Shown piece by piece: positions 24,094-38,485 of a stretch of 64,000 nucleotides of DNA. The number at the start of each line of letters is the position of its first letter. Position 1 is the first letter of the stretch. This DNA is from Octopus vulgaris (Eukaryota), in the NCBI GenBank assembly GCA_951406725.2, contig OX597819.1:43214001-43278000 (forward strand), in the 5' to 3' direction. The position numbers were made by a program, and so were the translations under genes. The notes under the pieces are model-generated. The model was not told where the DNA came from, searched no databases, and was given only the letters and a program-made list of their open reading frames with translations.

Positions 24094-24281
24094 TCTCGTG
24101 TGTACCGTTGGCGAATTTTTTTTTTTCCCTGTCTTCCCTTCTATGTTTCCGACGAAGAGCTCCGCTCGAAACGTTTAACCCTCCTTCTTCCCTTCTTTCC
24201 TGAGTGTCCAATAATACTATATTTGTTCCACGTCCTCGCGTTGTTGTGTTTTTTTTGTGCTTTCTTGTTTGGATTAACTTC
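24092..24281 (+). mobile_element. Penelope-like terminal-repeat element with hammerhead motif at 24145-24179
   Basis: GUUU-CCGACGA-A-GAGC-UCC-GCUC-GAAA-C-GUU-UAAC. Homolog of 11121-11288. (TA)n on both sides. Confidence 0.6.
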
Positions 24282-26213
24282 ATATATATATATATATATA
24301 TCTTTATATATATATTTATATATGTATATATATATATATATACACATATACACAGAGTTAATGTGTATAGGGAACTCATTCATGGCTTGTGATGAAGACA
24401 ATAGACTACTTAAGCACTTGGTCAGGGGATCAAACCTGACAATGGGTGATTGTGTTGTGTCATTGGACAAGGCACATAACTATACTGACAGACAAAAGGT
24501 TGAAAAAAAAAAAACAGAAGCAAATAAATATAAGAATAAAGGGCTGACTCATGGTTGATTGCTTTTATTTATATGTTAATCAGGAGGCGTGTCTATGCCC
24601 CTATGCCCCTAGCAGGCCCTGTCAAATTGCTAAACTGAGTTTTGACATGGGGCCCTGAACATCTGCATGTCGACATGAATGCTTTGCAGATAAAATGTGA
24701 GCGGGTGTTTGCAACATAGTGAATTCCACCAAAGACACCCAAAGACCAGGTGGTGGTGGTGGTGGCGGTAATAATGGTTGATGGTGGTGGTTTGTTTGTA
24801 GTAGAAAGGGCATCCAGCCGTAAAAACGGGTAACAGCAAAACAACGACGAAACTACTCCATCCAAGTCAACATGGAAAAATGAATGTTAAAAACCAAAAA
24901 AAATAAAAAAAAGAGAAGCAAAAGAAAAATATTAAGAACGCTTTGGGGTAAACATTTTACAGTAAGCTACAGAGTTTAAAATATTTAACCTTTTGAAGAA
25001 GCAATAAGTCAATTTAAAATGTTAAGTGGATTAGATATACATTTATCTATGTATCTATCTACTTATCTAGCTTTATCAATTAATGGAGTTTACCATAGTC
25101 TGTTAGTAAACTTCCTAAGAAAAGCCAGGCACTTAAAAATTCAACTAAGTTTAATGTAAACCATATAGGAGCAATTTGGAGCAGAAGCAACATTAAAAAA
25201 ATAAAACGCTTGTATAACCCCCTAACCAATGATATAAATATATAAAAATATTTATATTCACACATATAATAAATGGTGTAAACATTTACTGGCTGAGATG
25301 CATACATCTATCCATAAACAGGACTTTAGATAGAGTCAGCTAAAATCAAATGAAATTTGTTGCTGATTAGCCTCGGGTCAACTCTGATTGAATACACATC
25401 TATGATCAAACAAAGACATTTTATCAATAACCAATTCCATCTACTTTTAGGAGACAATGTATCCAGGATAACATTAGCCAGACAGTATGGTGTGATTTGA
25501 GGGATATTTGGTTGCTATTTTAAGCATATTGAGAGACCACTTTAGAGGTTGATGCTGCTGATGGTCTTACTTAATTCATTCATGAACTAAACTTCACTTG
25601 TGATATTTGAAAGGTTTCCTGGAGGCTGATGACCTCTGAGTAATTAAAAAAAATTTTTTTTTTTAAACTATAGATATGAAAACAGCCTCTAGGCTCCTTA
25701 GACAATAAGTTACTACTTCAGCTTCACACCATTAATTGATGATGCTTAACTAGCTAAATAAATAGATCATAACATAACTGGGAAAACTTAAATGAAAGCT
25801 AATAAATATTGATCTCAGACTTTCAGAGCGGGTAGGAGCCCAGGTTCAGAATGTTGAATCATAGACAAGCACAAGAGATTCTGGTGATGTCTTGTACAGG
25901 TACAAAACTGACTTTCTGGACTAATGGTCCCAAACCTCATATCTGCACTAATTTACAAGCAGGAACTTCAAATTCTTATTTATTGGTACCTGATATAGTA
26001 CAATATTAAACTTGTATCATTTATTCTAGTGTACAGGTAAGGTACACTTAATATTTGTTTGCTTTAGAGTCTGTTGACAAAGGTGACCACTCCTGGTTTG
26101 GGAAAACCAGTAAGAACCAAGCATTCTAGAAAATCAATATTGTTCCCATATAACAACAACAACAAAACAAAAGGGGGGGGAGAAAAATTTATTGTTAGTG
26201 TTTATCAGAGAGA

Positions 26214-26418
26214 AGACAACAAGATGGCAGAATTGTTAGCACGCTAGGCAAAATGCTTAGCGGCATTTCATCAGTCTCATGCTCTGAGTTCAAATGTCAC
26301 CAGGGTCGACTTTACCTTTCAGAGTTGATAAAATAAGTACCAGCTGAGCACTGGGGTCGATGTAATCCAATTAACCCCCTCCTTCAGAATTGCTGGCCTA
26401 GTGCCAAAATTTGAAATC
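26214..26418 (+). mobile_element. SINE family B
   Basis: tggcagaattgttagcacgc...gagttcaaat...gataaaataagtaccagctgagcactggggtcgat. Confidence 0.85.
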
Positions 26419-26637
26419 AAAAGGGAACAGAAGAGCAATGAAGACACAAAGCCACAAATTTCAGAAGATAGGAACAGTCAATGACATAAAGTCACCCAGA
26501 ACTCGACAAGCACTTTTTTGTTCGTTTGTTGTTTTATTGATTTTTTTTTTTTTATTATCTATCCATATCAAACCCTTAAAGGATGAAAGGTAATGTTTGG
26601 TTATGCCAGAATTTGAACTTAGAAACAATTGGAGAGC

Positions 26638-26836
26638 AAGTAGTTCTCAAATGTATTTTTGGCTTTGTGGATCATTTGGAGATCAAACAAACAGGGGGGG
26701 GGGAAGTTACTGATGTACTTTGTATTGAAATTAAATTTTTTTTTTTTAAATAGACAAAAACCTACCTTTAGGACCCTACCCTACTCCCCAACCCCACCCT
26801 TATGGTGCACCAGTGCACAACGTTTGAGAACTGCTA
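26638..26836. mobile_element. Degenerate hAT-like MITE
   Basis: agtagttctcaaatgt (26639) versus the reverse complement of acgtttgagaactgct (26820-26835), 14/16 identical. Confidence 0.45.
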
Positions 26837-27799
26837 ACGTAAAGCATAAAGGGGGCGTCACACACACACACAAAAAAAAACAAAAAAAACACGAAGCATT
26901 TGGACTGACACTCCACCTATCCGCAGCAAACAATAGGGTGAGGAGGATGACACCTTTCACTTGCAATGTTTTACTACATATTCTGACACAAATAAAATGA
27001 AATAAAATAAAATAAAATAAAACTCATGCAACCCTTTCTCCCCCCCCCCATCGTTCCACCATACAAAAGCCCAAACTACAGTTAAAGACTTCTAGAGGAA
27101 GGTGGTGGTGATGGGGGAGGAGAACTAAGAGGAATTATGAGTAACATGTGTGACGCAAGCCAGCCCAAAATATCCAGTTTCCAGTGACAAGAAAGACAGT
27201 GCATACGAAATCAATAAAAAAAACAAAAACAAAATGGAGGGGGGGGCACAATTTTTTAAAAAAAAGTGTCAAATGTCAGAATAGTTTATTACAATGCCCC
27301 GATTACTCCACCCACAATTCCACATTCAATTTTGCCTTCTTTCTCTCATTTTGTGTATAAATATGAACCATTTGAAATACATGGCCTTTCCTTCTCATTT
27401 CATTATAAATGTTGAACACACGCACACACAATTACACAATACAAAAACCAATAAAACAGGCGCACCGTGGCATCACATATACAATATGTGTGTGTGTGTG
27501 TGTGTGCGTACACATGTAAGCATGTATATGTGTGTGTGTGTGTGTTTGTGTGCACAGTGTGTATGTGCATTCGTGTGTGAAATCGTGTGAATACATAATG
27601 ATTTCTTACTTCAGACATAGATGAGAAAGGTAACAAGACTAGATGACATCCATACATTAAAAAGAAATAAAGTAAAGAAGGTTGGTTGAGAAGGAAAGAA
27701 GAAGAAAAAAAAAAGTGAACCAGAGAGAGAGGGGGGGGAGTAAGAGCAAATTGAAGGTAGGGAGGGGTGACTGAAAGAGAGGAGAGGAAGGTAAGGTGT

Positions 27800-27830
<31 letters not shown>

Positions 27831-28215
27831 GGGAGGGTGATGCACACACACACACACACACACACACATAGAGTGTTGTGTACGTGTGAAGTTTGCATCC
27901 TGAGTAGTGGAATGTGTGTAGGAAGAGTGTTAACAGATGAAATGGAATCATGAAAAACCATATAACTCAATACTTCCAACAAAGGTGACAAAAACAGCTG
28001 ATGTTAAGTTACAAATGATGAATAAAGTTGGAAGACAAGTAGGGAAACAGGCACCGGGAGACATCGCAGAGCCAGAAGTGTGTGTGTGTGTGTGTGTGTG
28101 CGATTGTGTTTATGTGAGTGTGTGTGCGCGTCTGCGTGCAATGGGAGTGTGGCGTTGGCGGTGAGAGGAAACCTTAAGTCTAGTCTGGAAGGGAACCTAA
28201 GTACCTCTGTCTGTC

Positions 28216-28281
<66 letters not shown>

Positions 28282-28675
28282 TACGCCTATACAAGTCAGT
28301 ATGTGGCTGTGTATGTCTTAGAATGTGTATGTGTGTGGACACGCAATTATCCTGGTGTCCATGTCAAGATGACTAACTACATTTAAGATTGTATACTTGT
28401 GCACCCACTCACTCGATGATTAGACACACTCACTCACTCACTCATATATATAGAAATCGTAAATGCTTGCTTGCAAGAGTAGGATGCATAGCATGCATGC
28501 AGACACACATACTCACACACACACACAAACACAAATGCAGATATCTAAAGATCTAAAACATGATATTTTGCATGTGTGCATCATGAATACATGTAGACAT
28601 AGCGAACACACACAGCGTAACCAGGCTTCAACCAGTAGTGGGCCAGACGACACAAAAAAGGGAAATGTAACATAT

Positions 28676-28712
<37 letters not shown>

Positions 28713-29139
28713 TCACACTTGCTGTAATATCTTTGCATGAAGATGAACTAAATTACTCACATTTGTGTATATGCAGTACAAGTACATGCTTATCTGCATG
28801 TAATTTAATTTATATATGCTACTTCACAGCATGTGTGATATTCAATATATTTGCATGTATATTGTCGTCCTGTGCAATCTCCGCATTGACATGTATGTAT
28901 AATACATTATGCGTAAACATTGTAAAGTGTAGTGAAACACAGATTGCATATACAAATCATTTTCTATGTTATGTGCGTCCTGTAAATACATGCACACATA
29001 TCTATGTATTCTTCTCTCTTTCATCTTACATCGTTTTTACGGGTTATATATATAGACACACACACACACACACACACTGTTCTCTGTACATATTATATAT
29101 AAATAACACCTGTATGTTCTTTAATTCTTTTGCTTGTAT

Positions 29140-29447
29140 CTGACATTTGACTGCAGCCATGCTGAAGCACTACCTTAAAGGGATTCAGTCGAAGCACTTG
29201 ACCCCAGGACTTTATTCTTTTTAAACCTAGTAGTTATTCTATTGGTCACTTTTGCCGAACTAAGTCACGGGGACATAAACACACTGGAACTGGCAGTCAA
29301 GTGATGGCAGACACAAACACACACATGACAAGCTTCTTTCAGTTTCCATCTACCAGATCCACTCACAAGGCTTTGATCAGCCCAAGGCTATAGTAGAAGA
29401 CACCCGCCCAAGGTGCCACGCAGTGCGACTGAATCTGGAATAATGTG
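29140..29447 (-). mobile_element. SINE family A
   Basis: catttgactgcagccatgctg...tagtagaagacacccgcccaaggtgccacgcagt. Confidence 0.85.
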
Positions 29448-29879
29448 GGGGGGAAAAAAGAAAAAAAGATACCTTTACTTGTAAAACAGGTAAGGGTTAT
29501 AATGACAGGAAGAGTATCCAGCTATAAAATCCTTCTTCAAATAACTACTCATCTACCTCATCCAAGCATGGAAAAAATGGAGGTTAAACAAATGAACACA
29601 TACATCCAATGTGTATGTATGTATGAGAATACAACCTTGGAATACTTTTAGGTAAATAAATCATAAAACCTTTAGTTATTAATAAAATATGCCAGTAGAC
29701 ATCAACACTATTATCTCTTCTATCACTTCCATCTGACATAAAACTTCAAAATATCCTTGATTTCATTTATTCACAAACAAGCTTAATTAGAAAAAAAAAT
29801 TTTAAGGCGTGGAAGAAACACCTACTCTCAGTAAATATGTTCCTTGTTGTTTTTAACTTTATGATCAAAGACCTCCTGT

Positions 29880-30320
29880 CTATACCGAGATAAGGCCGCA
29901 GCTATACTCCTCTATTGTTACCATCTATAACTGTCTGTGAAACCTAGAAGATAGTGAAGATTTCTCAATTGCCAGACATATTCCTTTGAAGCTGTTTACA
30001 TTCAATCTTGGGCATCTATTACTAAGACAAAGTGAGAAACAAAGAGATGATGAGAAGAGCTGGCATGGGAAGTTTGCAGATCATGGTGGATAAGCGACAA
30101 ATATGGCTTATTGGCCATGCACTTTGATTACCGCAGGAAAGACATGATACCGTCGTGATGGAATTGACACTGGAAGAAGGAAAAAGACTGAATAGAAGAC
30201 CAAGGAAGATGCAATGTAGTATGTTCTGAGACAAAATGATAGCAATGGGAGTCAGCCCACGTGGAGCTAAGAGAAAAGTGAAAAATCAGGATGTTTTAAG
30301 AAGGCGCATTGCTTCTTTGC
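29880..30320 (+). pseudogene. RTE-clade LINE ORF2 C-terminal relic
   Basis: Manual translation CET*K...SCLHSILGIYY*DKVRNKEMMRRAGM...RQIWLIGHAL*LPQER...GKRLNRRPRK fits the RTE pattern CETW..CLRRILGI.W.DKV.N..RW.GHV.R..GKR.RGRP. Multiple stops. Confidence 0.8.
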
Positions 30321-30955
30321 TAACAGCATTACACACACATGATGGACCTCTTTCAATTTCTATCAACCAAATCCACTCACAAAGCTCTGATCAGCCCAAG
30401 GCAATAGAAGAAAACACTTGCCAAAGGTGCCACACAGAGGGACAGAACACGGAATCATGTGGTTGGAAAGCAAACATCTTACTGCACAGCCACGCCTGCA
30501 CCTATATTTTTTTCTATATTTCTTCCTCAATTTTTAATTTTGGAAAGTTATTTTTTAAAAAGTTTTATGCAAAGTATGCCACTAATCTTTTTTATATTTG
30601 ATCTCCAGTGCATCAAGAAATCAAAATGATTGAAAACCATTGATCCTGATCAACTTACACCAAGACAATAGGTTTACTATGATAAGAGGTTTCACTTGAG
30701 GCTGACTAAACTAGAACGATGACTTCTGATGACAGACAAATTCAATTTTGCACGTCAATCAGATTAACAATGTTGATATATTTACATAATGTTAACTTTA
30801 CAACCATGTACTTTCAGGTTCAGTTCTACTATGTGGTACCTTGGTCAAGGGATCTATCAACGCACTAAAGCCATGTTGATTTAGTAGAGAAAAGAAAACC
30901 ATCATTGGTACATGAGTGTAAGTGTATTTGCATGTGTGTGTGTATATATATATAT

Positions 30956-31183
30956 GACGGTGGCACGTAAAAAGCACCATCCGACCGTGGCCGTTTGCCA
31001 GCCCCGTCTGGCATGTAAAAAGCACCCACTACACTCACGGAGTGGTTGGCATTAGGAAGGGCATTCAGCCGTAGAAACATTGCCAGATCAGACTGGGCCT
31101 GGTGCAGCCTTCTGGCCTCCCAGACCTCAGTTAAACCGTCCAACCCATGCTAGCATGGAAAGCGGACGCTAAATGATAATGAT
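30956..31183 (+). mobile_element. Family D (RTE-type 3' end), well preserved
   Basis: tggcacgtaaaaagcacc duplicated; ggttggcattaggaagggcattcagccgtagaaac...CCATGCTAGCATGGaaagcggacgctaaa followed by an (atg)n-like end. Confidence 0.8.
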
Positions 31184-31191
31184 ATATATAT

Positions 31192-31258
<67 letters not shown>

Positions 31259-31654
31259 AACATATATGTATACGTTTTCTTTATCATTGTTTACATTTTA
31301 AATGTGTGTGTATCTTTCTATTTTGTTTATATCTACACTGACTTCTATGAAAAGTCACGATGAATAAGTAATATCATAGCTGTCGGTTCTCCTGTCGATA
31401 TACCTTCCACTCACTTTGCGCCTTCATAGCCATAAGAAAATACGAGGTCTGCCTAACCCATGCAAGCATATAAAAATGAATGTGAGACAAAACACTTAAG
31501 CTTAGACACACTCATGGTATCTATTTTATTGATTATAGGTCATTTTGACACCAGATGGAGCTGAATATTGAACAGCAATGTATTAAACTGGAATATAAAA
31601 GCATCGTGTCATTCAATAAATAATAATAATAATAATAAAAATAATAATAATAAT

Positions 31655-32140
31655 GATCCTTTCTACTATATGCACAAAGCCTGAAATTTTGGGGGAGAGG
31701 ACAAGTCGATTACATCAACCCCAGTGTTTCACTGGTACTTATTTTATCAACCTCAAAGGGATGAAAAGCAAAGTTGACCTCAGAATAATAATCTTTTCTA
31801 CTCTAGGCACAAGGCCTGAAATTTTGGGAGAGGGGGCTAGCTGAGTAGATCACCCCCAGTATGCAACTAGTACTTAAGGATGAAAGGCAAAGTCGACCTC
31901 AGCAGAATTTTAACTCAGAATGTAATAACAGACAAAATATCACTAAGCATTTCACCCGACATGCTAACATTTCTGCCAGCTTGACCTCGGAATAATAATG
32001 ATGAAAGACAAGGCAGATGTCAGTGCTCACAAGGCTTTGGTCGACCTGAGACCTTAGTGGAAGACACTTGCCACACAGTAGGACCGAACTCGGAACCATT
32101 TGGGTGAGAAGCAAGCATTTTACCACATAACGCCTGCACC
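31655..32140 (-). mobile_element. Cluster of SINE B (two pieces) and a SINE A head
   Basis: ctggtacttattttatcaacc...aaagtcgacctcagcagaattttaactcagaa...ctgccagc, then ctcacaaggctttggtcg. Confidence 0.8.
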
Positions 32141-32791
32141 CAAAGAGAAAGATAAGAAAAAAAGTCTTAGCATTTTAAGCAAAACCCTGTTACCCACGAA
32201 AGGATTTCCTTGACATACTGAGATTCTTCTCATCTCACCACAGAATTAAACCGTTTCCAAATTTTGGAAACTTTATTACATTTAATAGAGCTGGGGGAAT
32301 GAAGACAGTGTAGTAAGTACAAATGTCGAAATGTTATTAACATGTCACATTAAGTCCACACTTTGTTCTTGTTGACGTTAAATCTTTAAAAAGGGGCTAA
32401 TAAAACAAACAGACCTTAAAGTAGACGAAATAATTATAAGACAGGAAAAGCTCATACAAAAAAAAAGTGTTTCATAAGGAATCAAACATCATCATCATCA
32501 TCATTATCATTATTATTAAAGCAACAAGTAAGCGTCAGTATGGGGGGGGGTGTAGGTGATTGGTGGTGGTGGTGGAAGAATTGCAGCAAGTATCTTCTGA
32601 TTAAGAAAAACCACAAGCTTGAAAGTTATAAGGAGGAAATGAACACTTTCTTTTAATTTAATATTTTAATTAACACTTAATTTACCAAACATAATTTCAG
32701 AAGGGAAAAAAATAAATAGGTAAATAAATAAAAACACACCCGAGAATTTATTTATTTTAAATTCTTTTTTTTTTTTTGCTATGTTAATTTC

Positions 32792-32827
<36 letters not shown>

Positions 32828-34261
32828 TTTCCTTTCTTTTTGTGGTATTTTCTGTAAAACCGAAATATAAAAAATTAAAAAAAAGGTATGCAAAATAATA
32901 ACTATAGAGATAAAAGGGAGAGAAATAAAAAAAAAAAAAAAGGATGCGATAAAAATATTTTTTAAAAAGTGTTGATGGTGGTGGTGGTGATGGTGGTAGG
33001 TTTGCAAAATGCCTTCTATGATAAGCGTCTCATTTTCTTTATCATTGTTTATATTTGAAATAAAATAGAGGAGAAAGAAACAAAAAAAAAAAAAAAAAAA
33101 AAGAAGAAGAAAGAAAGAAAAAGGTGTGGGGAAGTTTAAGAAGAGCAAAGGAAATCTTGAGGGAATATTTTGACACCTTGAATCTGAAACAATTAAATAT
33201 TCACAAAAATGACTTTTAAAATGTGTAATGATTTTGTTTAACTATTTATTTATTATCATCATTATCATCATCGTCATCACTCTCGCCAGTCTTTGTCGCT
33301 TGTTAATCCGACACAAGTGTTGTTTAAAACAAGAAACGAACCCTTTCTTTCTTTCTCTCCCTTACTCAGTATCTTTCTGTACGTTTGCCTGCATGTCGCT
33401 CGCTCTCTTTCGTTTCTCTCCTTCTCGCACACATGCATGCAAACACAGATTAACGAATGGACATTGGGATGCGATGAATCAAACTTAACATAATTGCTTA
33501 TGATAACATCACATCACATCATATCACATCAGCAGAATGAAACAATAAAAAGGGGTGGCATACATAGGGAGAAAGAAGAGAGAGTGAAGGAGGGAGGGGA
33601 AAAGGTGGTAAAGGAGGAGAAGAAAAAGAAGTTAGATAGGGAGTTAATGGGGTAGCAGGAGAAGGAAATGTAAACTATTGGTAATTTTGCCTTTGCTGAC
33701 GAAGAAGTGGAATAAGACAATTTTGATTCAATAGAAAGGGGTCTTTCCTATCAGAGAACAAACTATAAGCCATCTGTGAAGAATTGTCAGGTTTCACAGC
33801 TAAGGTGTGCCAAAAGGTTGACTGAGGTTTAAACACATGTAAACTTGAGGAAACAGGCAGAGATTCCTCACAGCAAACAACCACATTTACATCCAATTTC
33901 AGACATTTGAAACACACACACACACATACACACAGAGAAACACACAGACACACAGTGAGAAAGAAAGAGCATAATAAGTGATTATATAAATAAGGGAATA
34001 AGATTTTGTTTCATGGACTCCATTAGCTTACAGCTGTTTCTGCTACGCAATGTAATTCTGAAGCTCTGATGAAGCTATACAGTGATACACAAACACCCAG
34101 CTATGAGCGCATAGCATCTCATTGCAGTTCCTTGCCATTTATGTAGTCTCCTCTTATGCTCTGTACTCAACTAATGCTTTCTTCGGAAGCATATGCATAC
34201 TGAGTTATAACACCAGTTTATTAGTACCACTATGCCTAAATGATTATATATATACGTGTGT

Positions 34262-34830
34262 ATACAGGAGTGGCTGCGTGGTAAGAAGCTTGCTTCCCAT
34301 CCACATGGATTTAGGGTTCAGTTCCACTATGTGGCATCTTGAGCAAATGTCTTCTACTATAGGCCTCAGGCCAACCAAAGGCTTGCGAGTGAATCTGCTA
34401 GACGGAAACTGAAAGAAGCCCTTCGTGTGTGTCCTTGTGTCTTTGTAACTTAGCAGTTCAGCAAAAGAAGCCAACAGAATAAGTACCAGGCTTTAAAAAC
34501 AATAAAATAAATACTTCAAGGCGATGCCCTAGCATGGTCAAAGTCTAATGACTGGAACAAGTAAAATACACATACATTCACACACATATATATAATGGAC
34601 TCTCCCGTCATTAGATGATATATGAGGGTTCGACAATTTCTTAACAAACAATTTGTTTATAGTGATCAGACGCAGGAGTGGCTGTGTGGTAAGTAGCTTG
34701 CTTACCAACCACATGGTTCTGGGTTCACTCCCACTGCGTGGCACCTTGGGCAAGTGTCGTCTACTATAGCCTTGGGCTGACCAAAGCCTTATGAGTGGAT
34801 TTGGTAGACGGAAAAAGAAAGAAGCCAGTC

Positions 34831-34863
<33 letters not shown>

Positions 34864-34960
34864 TGTATATGTTTGCCCCGCCCCAACATCGCTTGAAAAC
34901 CGATGCTGTTTGTGTTTACGTCCCCGTAACTTAGCGATTCGGCAAGCGACACCGATGAGG
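34262..34960 (+). mobile_element. Two SINE A copies (34262-34567 and 34669-34960)
   Basis: Both begin caggagtggctg.gtggtaag and contain gacggaaa..gaaagaagcc. Confidence 0.85.
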
Positions 34961-35916
34961 ATTGAAAGATTTCATGAAGGTGTCGATGGCCTAAGAAGTT
35001 TGGGGACCCCTGATCTAACCCATGCTGACATGAGAAATAAAACACCAACAAAAGAAAAACAAACAAGTATACAAGCTTTGTTTATTGCATAGGAAAATAG
35101 TATCCATACCATTCTTTGTGTGTGTGTTTGTGTATTTGTATAGTGTTATAAACATTGTAAGTACTTAAAAATATTTATGTATGTTAAATATAATGCAACA
35201 TAAAACTCAGTATGAAATGTTGAGTAGTTACATATATTTGTATTTTAAAGAAAAGGAGTGACTTATTTACTTCGCCATACAGCTACTCTGATTATCAGAG
35301 GAGTCGCACAGTGATACTTATAACTGTCGCCCTTAAGATTAGGTTATAAAATATATGGGAAGGATGAAACCCATACACAGTTTGTGTACATTTGTGGGTA
35401 GATGTAAATAAACTATGTATGTATAAAACTAAAGAACTATATGAGCACAGGCACGGCTGTGCGATAAGAAGTTTACTCTACAACTGCATGATTTCAGTTC
35501 AGTGTTACAGCATGACATTAGGAGCAAGGGTCTTCTGCTAAAGCTCTGACCAGACCAAAGCTTTGTGAGTGCATTTGGTAGACAGAAAACTGAAAGAAGC
35601 CCCAGTCATGTATGCATGTGTATATATCCATGTATACGTAACACAAACACACAAACAAGAATTGTGAGGGTTGGGTTACAAGTCAATTAAAAACTGCCCC
35701 CACCCATCCCTGCATCCCCAATCACATATTCTGATCAACATCTCACCCATCATCACCTATATAACTCATCATATAATAGAAACATTATGCATACTGTGTG
35801 TGTTAGTGTGTGAGTGAGTGAGTGCCATTTACGATCTACTTATTTTCAAAACAAAAATTATCTCAGAAAGGTCGCCTTAGGTCCGTGCAAAGTTGGGTCT
35901 CCAATAAGATTTAATG

Positions 35917-36178
35917 CAGTGTTTCTCAACTATTTTTTTTTTACCTATGGATCCCTTTGGTTCCTATTTTACTCAGACGGACCCTCCTCCTAAGCCATTC
36001 AATATTTTAAAAAAACCATATTATATTTATATAATTAAATATCATTACAAACAGTATAAAAAAAAAAAAATGTTAAAATATTTTGCGTATTGTATAACAA
36101 TTTATTGCACATAAATTTTAACAACAAAATTTTATATGAACCCCTAAGGGCCGTACAGGCCCCAGTTAAAAACCACTG
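35917..36178. mobile_element. hAT/Charlie-type MITE
   Basis: CAGTGTTTCTCAAC ... GTTAAAAACCACTG; 8-bp flanks atttaatg / ttttaatg (7/8). Confidence 0.75.
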
Positions 36179-36699
36179 TTTTAATGTGTTAAAAACACAT
36201 TTTTCCTAGAATATGTGCTGCTTGAAATTAGGATGTATCTATTTTGCGCATACATTTTTTTTAAGCCATCAAATACAGGATGCACAACTAATCTTATACA
36301 TAGGTGAAAGTTTGTAAAATTTTATATATATATATAAAAAGTCAGTGTGTATAATATATGTGATTGGATTTGTATATGCAAACAAAATAATTGCTTATTA
36401 AATTGTCTTTTCTTTGAGTCTAGAAAATATCTAAATATCTTCTCACGCTTAAACATTTAAACTGAAGAAAACAAAAATGTAAAAGAAAGGAAAACAAAGC
36501 TTTTATCTAAAAACACAAACTAAAATAAATATCTAAATTTACTGAAATTAAAATAATAATAATAATAATGATGATGATGATGATAATGATAATGATATTT
36601 TTATCTAAATAGAATAATAATAATAATAATAATCATGAACAGGGTTTAGAATAACAATGTGGAAAACAAAAAGGTGAATACAACACAGCCCGTATAATA

Positions 36700-36737
<38 letters not shown>

Positions 36738-37636
36738 ATTTAAAAAAAAACTGGTTGTTCCCTGAAGAATATACCCTATGTTAAATGTCAGATATGAAGA
36801 TCCCTTTAACTATTTTGAAGACGAAAACAAAAGCATTTATTTAAAAAAAATTTTCTTTCGTTTTCATTCATTAGGCAAACTATCCATATCAATATAAAAT
36901 TAATTAGCATCAACTCCCACATACAGACACATACATATATGCACGCAGGAATTACATCATATGACAGGCATGTATACAATTACATAAGCACACACAAATA
37001 CATGCACATGCCCACAAACATGCAAGCCATTGCAACACTCCTTCTAATGAACACCATGAACAATTGATAACGAAATAATCACGAATAATAATTTTTGAAA
37101 AGGAAAAAAATAATTAATTCAATAAAAATAAAATAGAATCGAACACTCTTTCACACTCACACACTCACACACACACACACACACACACACAAAGTGTTCT
37201 GCAAACTTGAGAGAGTCACAATAAAACTGAAACAAGCCAGGGAAAATAAAATGTTGGCAATTACACACAAATAATTAAAAAGATGTAGATGATAAATATG
37301 CATGTATGCACATGCACGGGCACACACACACACACACATAAACATTATATAGATACATATGTAATTATACAAATACACACATATGTACATATATAAATAC
37401 ACACACACACACACATATATGCACAAATATACAATATTTACATACATATGTATATATAAATACAGACATATACAATATTTATATACATATATATATTTAA
37501 ATACACACTACATTCATATATAAATACATAATACACAAATGCGTATACAACCACATATATTTATATATGCACATGTATACATATCTGCAGCTGTCTGTAT
37601 ATATGTGTAATAGATGCAGGTCATACACATGCAAAC

Positions 37637-37671
<35 letters not shown>

Positions 37672-38428
37672 CCACTTTTAAGAGCATGTATATATAATAT
37701 ATACATATATGCACACACACGCACATATAAATAAATGAGGCTAAAGAAAAAAGAAAAAACAATTATAAACATACAGAAATTTTTTTTTCTTGTAATTTTT
37801 AATTAGTTCTATAAAACTTAATTGCATATTGTTTGGTAATGAAATGAAACAGAGTTAAAATTATGTATGTATGTGAGTGAACATATGTGTGTGTGTGTAT
37901 ATATATATATATGTATGTATGTATGTACATGTGTGTGTGTGTGCAATACATCACTGACAATTAAAAAAATCAGTTTCATGTGTGTGTATGTCATGTATAC
38001 AAACATTTTAAAAACATACATATGCATATATATGAGTTTAACAAAAGAGCCTCTTACTGGTCACTTGAGTTGCTAGAAATATCAGCAAAGCACCTCTCAA
38101 ACCTCAATGTACCCTCTTACGGAAATGGGAAAGGACACATGGGGATAGTGTATTCTGAAGTACTCAATACCAGAAAGGAAATTGATATAATGCTCATGGC
38201 AAGATTGCCTTTTCATCATAGGTCAAATTCATCAGGGACCAGCATGGGACCTTAACGACACCAACAACACCACACACACACACATTTTATACACACACAT
38301 ACACATTTCATTGCATGTGCCTGTGTGTGCATGCATATCAAAATATACATACTCATATTTGTGCAATGTATATATTGGGTGCAGATAAATGTACATGCAT
38401 AATGGTGTTTATGCACATGTGAATATAC

Positions 38429-38485
<57 letters not shown>

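Noticed and set aside
28463-29143. 226-aa ORF
   Set aside because: Built from CA/TA-rich low-complexity DNA; no recognisable domain or convincing splice signals.
33990-34250. Possible hammerhead in the 9.9/34.0-kb repeat (minus strand GAAACAGCUGUA)
   Set aside because: A palindromic stem III and GUA are present, but no CUGANGA box could be placed with consistent stems I and II.
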